The translations under genes were made by a program, and so were the position numbers. From NCBI GenBank assembly GCA_951406725.2, contig OX597815.1, forward strand, positions 198,958,001 through 199,022,000: a stretch of 64,000 nt of DNA, given 5' to 3'. Positions within the stretch are counted from its first letter, which is position 1. Each line of letters begins with the position of its first letter. Below, in pieces: positions 1-12,190 of this stretch. A model generated the notes under the pieces. That model had not been told where the DNA came from and made no database searches. It worked only from the letters and a program-made list of their open reading frames with translations. Origin of the DNA: Octopus vulgaris (lineage: Eukaryota).

Positions 1-259
1 GATAGTTGAAAGGCAGCAGATGTCCAGATAATAATATTTGAACTCACAAGATAAAAAGACGTAATTACGACAAGGTATTCGCGTATTGATTGACTTATAT
101 CATCACACTACCATTCCCTTCAGTGGCGAGTCAGAATAAGTAGGTTTCTTCCGACTCAGCATATACGTACACCAGTAAACATAAACACACACACACACAA
201 CATACATCTCCACACACTTCTCACTCGCACAGACACGCAAGTAGAATCTTATTCCTAAA

Positions 260-757
260 CTAGCAGTATCGCCCGGCGTTGCTCGGGTTTGTAAGGGAAA
301 TAACTATAAAGCATTTTTAAAGAGTTATAGCAAAAAAAATAGCCAAAAAATGCATTAAAAATGGAAAAAAAATTATGGTAAATTTTTTTTTAAATCGTTG
401 ACTCATCGTAGACATTTTTAGAGAGTTACTTCCCTTATATAATAGCGAAAAAATGCATTAAAATGGGAAAAAAATGATGGTAATTTTTTTTTAAATCGTT
501 GACTCATCGTAGACATTTTTAGAGAGTTACTTCCCTTATATAATAGCGAAAAAATGCATTAAAATGGAAAAAATGATGGTAAATTATTTTTAAAATCGTA
601 GATTCATCGTAGACGCGCGCTAATACCCAGAAGGGCTCGATATGAATCACGACTATAAGATACCCGGTTTTGGTTAAACTGCACCGCAAAATGTGGGAGT
701 AGTTAGGAATCTAAATGGTAGGAGACAGACACACAAGTTCACTTTTATATATAAAGA
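260..757 (-). mobile_element. Non-autonomous Helitron, family H1, copy 1 (three internal ~100-bp units)
   Basis: On the minus strand it starts A^TCTTTATATATAAAAG and ends CCCGAGCAACGCCGGG (hairpin)-CGATACTG-CTAG^T. It is inserted between A and T with no TSD. Homologous copies at 27821 and 61990. Confidence 0.85.
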
Positions 758-1250
758 TATCCGTTAGAAGTTAGAATGGTGTCGACGTCGCTAGCTTGTC
801 GAGTATTTATCCTGAATACCAAGAAAAACATAACTATCCCCACAGTTCCCTCAGGGGAGGGATGATAGCCTGGAATTCCTATATTATATAAACGTATATT
901 TCATGTTTAACGTCTGAAGGTGTCTTATACCAATTTTATAGTTACGATCAACTAAATTAAAATTGAACTGGTTGATACACTCGATCTTAATACAAGTATA
1001 TACTGCACCGACGCAATTTGAATGTAGCGTAATGAGAAAATTCCTTATACTTATCGGTATTCCAATCACCACCAAGTTTTAATTAGTAACTAAGGTTCGA
1101 CAACAGCAGAAGAATCTGCAGTTTGTCATCAGACAAGCAGATCTTCAACATCACCTCACGCTCTTACAACAATGAACTAGCATGTATTAAGCTTTACCGA
1201 TACGTCCATATATTTGGAGTACAGCCCGCTCTCAAAACCGAAGAAATTTT

Positions 1251-1403
1251 TGTGTGATAAGTAGCTTGTTTACCAACCACATGGTTCCGGGTTCAGTCCC
1301 ACTGCGTGGCACCTTGGGCAAGTGTCTTCTACTATAGCCTCGGGCCGACCAAAGCCTTGTGAGTGAATTTAGTAGACGGAAACTGAAAGAAGCCCGTCGT
1401 ATT

Positions 1404-1434
<31 letters not shown>

Positions 1435-1656
1435 GCGTGTGTGTGTTTGTGTGTCTGTGTTTGTCCCCCTAGCATTGCTTGACAACCGATGCTGGTGTGT
1501 TTATGTCCCCGTTACTTAGCGGTTCGGCAAAAGAGACCGATAGGATAAGTACTGGGCTAACAAAAGAATAAGTCCCGGGGTCGAGTTCCTCGATTAAAGG
1601 CGGTGCTCCAGCATGGCCGCAGTCAAATGACTGAAACAAGTAAAAGAGTAAAAAAG
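1251..1656 (+). mobile_element. SINE family A (tRNA-derived, CORE-like segment, internal microsatellite), slightly 5'-truncated
   Basis: B-box GGTTCAGTCCC, CORE-like GGCACCTTGGGCAAGTG, internal (TA)n/(TG)n, tail GGCGGTGCTCCAGCATGGCCGCAGTCAAATGACTGAAACAAGTAAAAG. About ten or more copies in the window. Confidence 0.9.
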
Positions 1657-1769
1657 TTATTTTTGTTCAATCGAGAACTGCTGATTCGTGTATCTAAAAG
1701 CTTACCCTCTTAAGTAGACAGTGTTTCTGACGTAATGAAACCATACTTTGAATAATTCTTCGCAACATA

Positions 1770-2197
1770 GGCGCAGGAGTGGCTGTGTGGTAAGTAGCTT
1801 GATTACAAACCACATTGTTTCGGGTTCATTCCCACTGCGTGGCACCTTGGGCAAGTGTCTTCTACTATATCCTCGGACCGACCAAAGCTTTGTGAGTGGA
1901 TTTGGTAGACGGAAACTGAAAGAAACCAGTCGTGTATATGTATATGCATGTCATATATATGTATATATACATATATATATATGTTTGTGTGTCTGTGTTT
2001 GTCCCTCCAACATCGCTTGACAACAAATGCTGGTGTGTTTACGTCCCCGTAACTTAGCGGTTCGGCAAAAGAGACCGATAGAATAAGTACTAGGCTTACA
2101 AAGAATAAGTCCTGTGGTCGATTTGCTCGACTAAGGACGGTGCTCCAGCGTGGCCTCAGTCAGATGACTGAAACAAGTAAAAGAGAAAATAAAAGAG
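1770..2197 (+). mobile_element. SINE family A, full length
   Basis: Starts GGCGCAGGAGTGGCTGTGTGG (A-box); same body and tail as the other copies. Confidence 0.9.
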
Positions 2198-2241
2198 ATC
2201 CTATAATGTCAATGCTTGTTACTCATGCTCAGATAATATGC

Positions 2242-2452
2242 TTTCTAATATAGGCACAAGGCCTGAAATTTGTGAGGGGAGATAAGTCGATTACATCGAA
2301 TCCGGTGTTTCACTGGTTTTCAACTTATCAACCCTGAAAGAATGAGAGGATAAGTCGACCTAGGCTGAATTGGGACTCAGAACGTAGCGACGGACGTAAT
2401 GCCTCTAAGTATTTCACCCAGCGTGTTATCAATTCTGTCAACTCCCCGCCTT
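2242..2452 (-). mobile_element. SINE family B, diverged copy
   Basis: Reverse complement aligns with the family B head (AAGGCGG...GTTCTGAGT) and the central GGTCGAC...TCATTCTTTCAGGGTTGATAA segment. Confidence 0.75.
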
Positions 2453-4546
2453 TCATGCTTAGATTTATAAATTCCTATCTTCAACGCCAGAATAGAAACT
2501 AGCACGCATCCAAATAGTCTCCGTCTATGCCACATACTGTGACTTTCGAAATATCCTACCAACTGTTCACTTGGAAGGATCTGACTCGCAAATGTTGCAG
2601 GGTATAGACTCAACCGTGCACGATCTGAAGACATTGCAAGTAGTTACATTGACATAACTATCAGATGTGAAAGCAGGAAAAATTCCACATCTTTTTTTAA
2701 CATTGTCTGATCACTCTGGAACAAAGAAAACGACTTTCTCAATATCACGTGGCGCATTCATGACGGAGACCTTCTTTACACACCGCGAGTTCGTAATTAC
2801 AATCTTTGCCTTTCTAAAAATCTTTATATATTTACTTGTATTTGTGACGACGTTCACCCAGGGCGGGTTGAGCCGGCTTCTTCTCTGAATAGAAGAAGCT
2901 TCGTGGGCCCTAATACCGCTCGGTGCCAGACCAATCCGCCTTGGGCGGCCCTACCAGGAACCGAAGTTCCCGACGGCATAGCTCTGTCACTGCCCGTTTA
3001 CACCATCCTACCGCTTTGCGGGAGGGTTGGACTTTAGGATAGTAAAACAACTCTTTATATATTGCAACAGGAAATCTCATCTCTCTTACTGTCACCAAAG
3101 ATAAGTTCTATTAAGAAACTTCAATCTCTTTGCAGCTAATAACCCTGAAATACCACCTTAGTTCTACCTGGCGCATGCATAATTTTAGGAATATATAATC
3201 CCTTCCACGCCACATCATTGCACCCTATCGACACCCAGTTGAAACTGACATGCAATTTGTACGATGATACCACCAGACCGAACAGAGAAAGATTGAAAGA
3301 TATATAAGCTGTATCCTCACACGATCAGATTTCATGTATATTTTTAACTGCTTTTGTTTGCTTATAAGTTGGTCGATCATTTACCGGTAATTACGAAATC
3401 AGAAGTTGACAAAAATGTATACAGTAATACTTCGCTACTTCGCGGTTCACCTATCGTGCACTCAGTAGATCGCGGGTTTTTCTGATTGATATATGTAAAT
3501 TCATATCGTGGACTCCTCAGTATATTGCGAGCTTCTGCGACCGATAGGTATTTATAGTTTTTAGAGGGACTACTATGTAAAGTTTTTAGATTTAATATGT
3601 GCTAACAGATGCATATACATTCAGCGATCAAAGATCAAATCCTGCTATGATCCATCTAATCTTTCAACTTTTCGGGGTCAATAAATTCCCAATCCAGATC
3701 GGATTTGTGGAAGGAGAAGAATTTCAGACTAGATACCTTGCGGTATTTGCTCCGGCTCTATGTGTTTTGGATCCCAACATGACGTATTTCAGCAATAAGC
3801 TTATTCAGTCGCACGGTTTAGCTAAAGGTACCTCGTGTGTATTTCGCGGGTTTAACTCTGTTGCAAACATTCGTGAGAGATTTCTAGTTTAGGGATACCA
3901 TCTCTCCTTCCCACCTGGTCTAAAAGGCCCCGTAAAAGATCATCGGCAGTGCCTTCTCTTCTGACTACAACATAAAAACAAAATAGTTGCGACAGCTTAA
4001 ATGAATAACTGAGAATAAATTATATAGTGATACGTTCTGCTTGAAAAGCTAATAGTTAAATCAGCAAGCTAAAATCTAATCATGTCAGTGAAACATGAAT
4101 GATTTAATTATCTATAACTACACATGTAGAGAGGAGGAAAATCTATTAACTTAATGATTTTACTGGTCTCAAATTGCAAGGTGAGACAAATTGGCTGAAA
4201 GTAGTCGGCAATTTTTGCGAATACAGTCCTATAAACAAACAGAGTTCATTTTCGTTGTACAGGTTGAAGTTAACGAAACGCCTATACCATTTCATAGATC
4301 GCAGGTTTAGATTCATGCCATTTATCTAATTTCTGAGTATGGAAGGATATTTGTTAGTGGAATAGCTATTTAGTTAGGCCAGCAAAATATGTCTCTTCCC
4401 TACATAATATTTATAACATAAATTATTCATGAGTGGTCAGTAATTGGATAAAAATTGGGTCAGTTAGAAAATAATATAACATTATGCATGTATAAACGAA
4501 GAAAGAAATGCTGTATATGTGTGTGTGTGTATGTGTGTGTATGTGT

Positions 4547-4588
<42 letters not shown>

Positions 4589-4760
4589 TTGTGCGTCAGC
4601 GTGAGTGTTGAAATCCACGCATTACTGCCGAAGTTACACGAGGTAATTTTCTCATTGTATTCATACTGCCAAACAATAATAGTAATGATTCCATTGGAAA
4701 ATAATATAAAATACTGCATATTTGAAGGAGAAATAGAACTACACACACACTTGCATACAT

Positions 4761-4817
<57 letters not shown>

Positions 4818-4827
4818 TGTTTGTGTA

Positions 4828-4873
<46 letters not shown>

Positions 4874-5025
4874 GTATGTATATATATATATATATATCAT
4901 TCCATTCTCAATTTATGTATTCATCATCTTATATTATTTTCCAATTGACCCATTATTAGTATTATTCATTGGTGATATCGATACAATGAGAAAATTATTT
5001 CTTATAACTCCGATATTTGTGTGGG

Positions 5026-5089
<64 letters not shown>

Positions 5090-5581
5090 TTCCTTCAGAT
5101 ACACATCTTTTATATTATTTTCTTGTCGAGCTATTCTCTATCGAATGACTGACCACTCAATAATATTTTGTTATACCACTTCTCATATATCATAAAACTA
5201 TTTATGCGATGAAGGCGATCTCATTGATATTTTTAGAATGTCGAGCAACTACACGGAGACTTCCGTTCCATATATAATTTTAGAGATGTTGATAGAATAA
5301 CAACCATAATCAAATTGCATGGCTAACTATGAAAGCAGTGTGAGATAATGCTTGTGCATGGTAATACGATTCAGTGCAGCCAACAAAAGAACTACACAAG
5401 AAAATCATAAAATGTCTATCAACAAATCATTGTGAATGACCACGGAACTGCATTTTTCTTAACTTTTACGATTGATAAACGATACGCGTTTCTTGCAATT
5501 TATTTGCGCCTACGTAGTTCGTGTTTTTGTTCTTGTTGCTCACGATGTTTTCGTTTCGTTAAGCCGTTATTTGTCGTAAGG

Positions 5582-6132
5582 AAAGGTAGTGAACTGGCAG
5601 AAGCGTTAGAAAGTGGGATAAAAATGCCTAGGAGTTTTCCTTAAGACTTACAAGGCGGCGAGCTGGCAGAATCGTTAGCACGCCGGGCGTAATGCGTCGC
5701 GGTATTTCGTCTGCCGCTACGTTCTGAGTTCAAATTCCGCCGAGGACTACTTTGACTTTCATCCTTTTGGGGTCGATTGAATAAGTGCCAGTTACGCACT
5801 GGGATCGATATAATCGACTTAATCCGTTTGTCTGTCCTTGTTTGTTCCTTTTGTGTTTAGCCCCTTGTGGGTAGTAAAGAAATAGGTATTTCGTCTGTCT
5901 TTACGTTCTGAGTTCAAATTCTGCTGAGATAGACTTTGCCTTTCATCCTTTCGAGGTCGATAAATTAAGTACCAGTTACACACTGGGGTCGATGTAATCG
6001 ACTGGCTCCCTCCCCCAAAATTTCGGTCCTTGTGCCTAGAGTAGGAAAAGAAGCGTTAGCACGCTGGACGGAATGCTTAGCGGTATTTCATCTGTCTTTT
6101 CGTTCTGAGTTCAAATTCCGCCGAGGTCGACC
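5582..6132 (+). mobile_element. SINE family B head-to-tail multimer (partial head, full unit, two headless units)
   Basis: Full unit 5652-5885 with A-box TGGCAGAATCG and B-box GAGTTCAAATTCC. Units restart at about 5885 (GGTATTTCGTCTG) and 6050 (AAGCGTTAGCAC). Confidence 0.9.
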
Positions 6133-6432
6133 TTGTAGCCGCATTCAGTTCTAATTAGCAAGTCAGATAAAGGTGTCAGCGCCAAGCAGAAAAGAAGTGG
6201 AGAAAGCGTGTCTCCCTGGAATATTCCTCTTCTAACGGGGATGGCTTTGGTTTTTATGAGTCCCTCTTTTTGTTTGGAGCTGTAGCACTGTCTGCTATTC
6301 ATTCATAGAGTGTCTTACGTGTTCTGTAATTATTAGTGCTACCTTGTTCATGGCTAGTGTTTCGAGGATCCACGTATGCGGAATACTATCAAAAGCCTTT
6401 CGATAGTCTATCCAGGCCATACTGAGGTCTTT
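6133..6432 (-). pseudogene. Reverse transcriptase fragment of an R4/Dong-like (RLE-type) non-LTR retrotransposon
   Basis: Translates to DLSMAWIDYRKAFDSIPHTWILETL...RRGIFQGDTLSPLLFCLALTPLS, typical RT motifs of this group. Interrupted by stop/frameshift. Confidence 0.85.
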
Positions 6433-6463
6433 CTTCTTCTTTGTTGTTGTTGTTGTTGTTCCT

Positions 6464-6558
<95 letters not shown>

Positions 6559-6579
6559 CATCACTATTATTATTATTAT
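6433..6579. repeat. Compound trinucleotide microsatellite (TTG)n(TTC)n(TTA)n
   Basis: Directly visible. Confidence 0.95.
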
Positions 6580-6920
6580 TCACAAGTCTTATTTTTATCA
6601 AGAGCTCTTCACTCACTGCACTACCAAGCGCTGCTCCGGGTGCTTTGGATGTGTGCTTGGTTTGTTGTGATGCTCTTATTGCTACTGTATTGTAAGTGCT
6701 TTACGTAGGATGTGCACGGTGCCTGGTAGTGCTATTTTCTGTATGTTATATATATTTGTAAGTCCTGGTGATTTGGTTCTGTATTTGTCTGAAAGATTTT
6801 TCTCATCATACCTAATGAACATATTATTATAGGGATTGTTTCTGTTTTTAGACGCCCCACTATGGGTGCCTCTATCTCAAGGCTTTCGTAGTTTGAGAGT
6901 TTCTCCGTTTCTCTTAGAGA
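6580..6920 (-). mobile_element. 3' end of an R4/Dong-like retrotransposon (endonuclease C-terminus plus 3' UTR)
   Basis: Minus-strand frames give ETEKLSNYESLEIE...KTETIPIII and NIQKIALPGTVHILRKALTIQ*, followed by a UTR running into (AAT)n. Confidence 0.75.
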
Positions 6921-7035
6921 TGTATTGTCATTTGTTGTTATTGATACATCAATTAGAAGACATTTTTTTTTTCTTGGTAATCTCTGACAACTATATCCGA
7001 TCGATTTATTATTCTCATTGTTGCTGTTGTTATTG

Positions 7036-7066
<31 letters not shown>

Positions 7067-7755
7067 TATCATCATCATCGTCATCATCGTCATCATCATC
7101 ATCACCATGATCATCATCATCATCTGTGTTCTTTCGGGTTTGTGAAATCTATCTCTTCAGAAATCGATACTTAGTCATGCGTACAAGGCCTTCAGTACTA
7201 CATATCAGTATAAATTTAAGCTTACAATCCGCGTGACTTCATTTCATATGTTTTACTAGTTTGGTAGAAGCATTTTCTTTCTCGTGCGAATATTTTATGG
7301 TTTGGAAGAGGCGAAGACTTTACTAACGATGCACCACATGTAATCCCCTATGTCACAAAATTCCATTCAGACATTGTATTCTGTTGTGATAGTTAAATAG
7401 TTTCGCATTGCGCAAGGATAATTTAGTTCGTAGCTTTAATTCCTTTTCAGATGCAGCTAAGATACGACTAAAACACCCAGAAAAGAGGGAAATAAAATTG
7501 TTAAAACCTTAACGGAGAATTTAAAATTTGGTCATATTAAACAGCAAGTTTCTGAAAGAACAAGTTGTTCGAATTTACACCAGCAAATGCGTTGGTGGCG
7601 AAATTTGCACCGCTGCGAGCGAGATCCATATGAGTATCTTCAGTAGCATACATGGCTAGGAGCATCAATAAAGACTATCACACAGAACATTTAAAAAAGG
7701 CTACCTACATATGTGAATTTGTATCATCATCGCAGAAGACTAACTACACTACATA

Positions 7756-8172
7756 CTCTCTCTCTTTACTCTTTTACTTGTTTCAGTCATTTGACTGCGG
7801 CCATGCTGGCGCACCGCCTTTAGTCGAGCAAATCGACCCCGGGACTTATTCTTTATAAGCCCAGTACTTATTCTATCGGTCTCTTTTGCCGAACCGCTAA
7901 GTGACGGGGACGTAAACACACCAGCATCGGTTGTCAAGCAATGCTAGGGGGACAAACACAGACACACAAACACACACACATACATATATATATACATAGA
8001 TATACATATATACAACAGGCTTCTTTCAGTTTCCGCCTACCAAATCCACTTACAAGGCATTGGTCGGCCCGGGGCTATAGCAGAAGACACTTGCCCAAGA
8101 TGCCACGCAGTGGGACTGAACCCGGAACCATGTGGTTGGTTAGCAAGCTACTTACCACACAGCCACTCCTGC
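7756..8172 (-). mobile_element. SINE family A, near full length
   Basis: Reverse complement of the family A sequence; highly similar to copies at 23750, 35992 and 41659. Confidence 0.92.
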
Positions 8173-9947
8173 ACAAGAGTTTATCGATCTCATCTGACAA
8201 CAATAAAAACATTGCTACACATGTCAAAACACATCACTTCTCAAGATTTCATGCAACACCAAACAAAACTCCAACGTAAGGATGCAATATCTCCCAGGTC
8301 ACCAGAAAAGGATTTTCACATCAATTCACAAGAATACTGACATCAGTAGATATGGCCACTTGTATCAACGTACAAGACCACCCCAAAACTGGAACTAGAA
8401 AAGTGACACACGTAAAAACTACATAGGCAATGTCATATTAAATACTACAGAAGAGTCAGATACCCCTATTTATATTCTGAGTTAAAATTCCGCCCATGTA
8501 TTTCGACGTCGATAAGCACTGTACACGAACTAACACATTAAAGTTATAGAAAATGGAACCCCTACACGGTGACAGCTCCGTCATTGAAAGCATGACCAAA
8601 AGTAGCTGAATAATTCTTTCAGAGCAACAACTGACAGAATTGAAATACTTGGAAATTATAATGGAACCTATCCTACGTATATAAACTATTTTTCAAATAT
8701 ATAAAAATAAATAAATAACGCTTTCACTCCCACCTAGTGCAAAAGAAATTTAGTTTATCTTGAATACATTCGTCACTTGTCGGAAATTCATCAGAGAATA
8801 AGTACCCGCCTACTCTTAACCGCAAACAAACTGGTGGTTTACATTTAGTTAAGTCGAACTCAAATCAAGACAGAGTTAAAATGGCTTGCATAATTTGCAA
8901 GCCATTTTGCATAAAAGTGAATTAAATAATTAATTAGCATATATAATAATGCCGTTAGTTTGGAGTGTCAAAAATTAACAATGATGAAAATGAAATTGAA
9001 AATAAAAATAAAAATAAAAACAATAAATAAAAACAAGCAATAGAATGTACAATTGTACAATTGTGTTCCAAAGTTTCCCAAGTATTTGGGAGTTTATTGG
9101 TCAAAGAATTATGTGGATATTTTATATATCCTATATAATTCTTGGGAATACAAAATGCAAAGCACGTGGGCCCGCTGATGTGAATATTTCATCGAATATT
9201 TCATAGGAAAAAAAGAGAAGAAAAAGAATAGAATTATGAAGAGTTGCTCTGTTCTCTACACTTACTTACAGGCTCACACGAATACCAATTGTGCGGATAT
9301 GTTGAATGAATTTGAATGATATAAAGAATATAGGTGTGTATGTGCGTAGATAAGTATATGTGCTTCTGTATGTGTTTAGGTTTCTATGTGTGTGTGTGTG
9401 GCGATTTATGATTGTGTGTATGCAATTTTATAAGTCAGGATACATAAACAATACAAGATTCTAAATTAAGGTAAATCTAATTTTAGACGATGACACAAAA
9501 TCACATTTGCAAAATTATTCAAACCTTATACGTGCATTTGTGTGTGTAAGTATGTGTGTGTGTGAGAGAGCGTGTGCATATGTGCATGTGCGCATGTGCG
9601 TGTTTCTGTGTTTGTGTATGTGTGTGCGTTTATGTGTGTGTTTGTGTGCGTACGTGCGACAAAAGAGAAAGAGAGGATGTAGACAGTATATGGATGTATA
9701 TACATTTATACATGCAAATATATATGCATATATAGACAGATATCTACATAAACATATATGTACATAAACATATATGCATATTCGCATACATGTATGTACA
9801 TGTGTACAGATATACGTACACCATATATGTACATATATATATACATGTGTATATATATATGTATTTATATGCGTATATATATATATATTTACATATATAT
9901 ATATATCTATGCATATATACACACACAACACACACACACGCACACAC

Positions 9948-10012
<65 letters not shown>

Positions 10013-10109
10013 ATATATTTTACCTATATTATAGGTATGAATATATATATAAATAAATTATATATATATAAACACGTATACATATCTATCTCTCTCTCGC
10101 TCTCTCTCT

Positions 10110-10165
<56 letters not shown>

Positions 10166-10199
10166 GAAGTATAAACGTACATATGAAGGTATAAACTGG

Positions 10200-10251
<52 letters not shown>

Positions 10252-10631
10252 ATATATATACACACACACATACATGTAGATGTGTGGATACATTTATCTA
10301 TATTATAACTCTCTATTCACGCTCACACGCACTCACACACATATATACATACACGCATGCATACGTGTTATCTCTATCTCTATCTATCTCTCCTATTTCT
10401 GTCTTCCCTCTCTCTCTCTCTCTGTCGCTCTCACACACTTTCCTGTTTATCTCTCTGTGTCTCCTCTCCCAGAGGGAGAGAAGGAGGCAGAGAGATAAAC
10501 ATACATACAAACTCACAGAAATACATTTACATATGTTGTCTCAGGGCTCTTCAATTTCAAATTTGACTTTGAAATTGGTAGTAAACCCAATATGAGCATG
10601 TGTGTATATGCGTGTGTCTATGTGTGTGTAC

Positions 10632-10664
<33 letters not shown>

Positions 10665-10680
10665 GATAGATAGATAGATG

Positions 10681-11006
10681 CATGGTGCCAAAGATTCCAA
10701 AATCATCATCAAAATACAGGACCAGATACTGCAACAGCTTGGGTTTCAAAGGACCACAGCTCTTTAACATGCCTGAGAGACTTGCATGGTGTGGATGTGG
10801 GTTTCTTTAAAACTAAACCGGATCTCATTTTGTCGGGGGTCCCAGATGAACCTACCTCACGACAAGAGACACAGATGCGGGCAGCGGCATCGAAAACCCT
10901 TATTGACCAAGTGCCACGTATCAGAGGTGGATTCACATATTAGTGTAGCTCATTCACCGGTGGTGCCCCAGCATGGCCGTAGCCTTCGGGCTAAAACATT
11001 TTAAAG
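10681..11006 (+). mobile_element. 3' end of a CR1-group LINE (ORF2 C-terminus plus 3' tail)
   Basis: Translates to YCNSLGFKGPQLFN / LRDLHGVDVGFFKTKPDLILSGVPDEP...RAAASKTLIDQV...*. Homologous to 60770-61800; tail matches SINE A. Confidence 0.8.
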
Positions 11007-11016
11007 GATTTTTTAA

Positions 11017-11079
<63 letters not shown>

Positions 11080-11080
<1 letters not shown>

Positions 11081-11190
11081 TCTTTCACTTGTTTCAGTAA
11101 TCCAGTAATCTGAATGCAGCCATGCTGGAGCGCCGCCATTAGTCGAGCATCGGTTGTCAAGCAATATTGGTTGGGGACAAACAGAGACAT
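11080..11190 (-). mobile_element. SINE family A 3' fragment with internal deletion
   Basis: Tail GCCATGCTGGAGCGCCGCC joined directly to GCATCGGTTGTCAAGCAAT. Confidence 0.7.
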
Positions 11191-11269
11191 ACAAACATGA
11201 GCATATATATACATATTTATATATGTATATATACATAAATGTATGTGTATGTGTGTGTGTATATATATG

Positions 11270-11306
<37 letters not shown>

Positions 11307-11308
<2 letters not shown>

Positions 11309-11513
11309 CGGGAAAGTTTACGAAAATAAACAAAAGACTAAGGCTGGTGGAGTACAAACAAACAAATGTATTAGTATAGCGCTCAGGAATAGAAATAGAA
11401 CAAGTCTTTTACGTTTCGAGCCTACGCTCTTCGACAGAAAGATACACAGAAAAAAAAACAAGGAAACAAGGAAAGAAAAAAATGCGTGTAGGAGCAAACG
11501 ATCTATCATGGCG
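11307..11513 (-). mobile_element. ~200-bp non-autonomous Penelope pLTR-like element carrying a hammerhead-like motif
   Basis: Near-identical copy at 36972; contains the motif at 11405-11442; 3' end abuts (TA)n. Confidence 0.7.
11405..11442 (-). ncRNA. Minimal type-I hammerhead-like motif, variant core CUGUCGA
   Basis: UCUUU-CUGUCGA-A-GAGC GUAG GCUC-GAA-ACGU-A-AAAGA: stem I 5 bp, stem II 4 bp, palindromic ACGU stem III, GUA triplet. Confidence 0.55.
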
Positions 11514-11515
11514 TG

Positions 11516-11589
<74 letters not shown>

Positions 11590-11653
11590 CACCTGTGTGT
11601 GTATGTACGTATGTATGCACACACACACATACATATACATATGTATATTATAC

Positions 11654-11990
11654 GCGCAAGAGTGGGTGTGTGGTAAGAAGCATGGTTCCGGGTTCAGCCC
11701 CACTGCGTGACACTTTTAGCCTCAGGCCGAGCAATGCCTTGTGAACGGATTTTGTAGACGGACACTGAAATAATCCCGTCGTATATATATATATATGTAT
11801 GAATGTATGTATTTGTATGTCTGTGTTTGTCACCCCACCATCGCTTCACAACCAATTCTTGTGTGTTTGCAACCCCGTAAATTAGAGGTTCAGCGATAAA
11901 GACCGATAGAATAAGTACTAGTCTTACAAAGAATAAGTCGTTGGGTTGATTTGTTCGACTAAAGGCGGTGCTGCATCATGGCTGCAGTCA
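11654..11990 (+). mobile_element. SINE family A, diverged
   Basis: Head, internal microsatellite and tail recognisable with deletions. Confidence 0.8.
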
Positions 11991-11993
11991 CAT

Positions 11994-12190
11994 GGCTCAT
12001 GGGCCCGGTTTCCCGGTTTCTATGGGGTATGTGTTCCCCAACTGGACGGGACGCCAGTCCATCGCAGCGTTACTCATTTTTGCCAGCCGAGTGGACTGGA
12101 ACAACGTGAAATGAAGTGTTTTGCTTAAAAGCCTAACGCGTCTCCCGGTCCAGGAATCGACACCCTAACCACAAAGTCACACACCTCCAC
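11994..12190 (-). mobile_element. SINE related to family C (type-2 tail, different central segment)
   Basis: Contains the GATGGACTGGCGTCCCGTCCAG...AGAAACCGGGAAACCGGGCCCATGAGCC tail shared with 44347 and 54487; degenerate tRNA head. Confidence 0.7.

Noticed and set aside
3599-3892. 97-aa non-repetitive ORF
   Set aside because: No recognisable motif, non-ATG start, and it overlaps a degenerate SINE B-like fragment.
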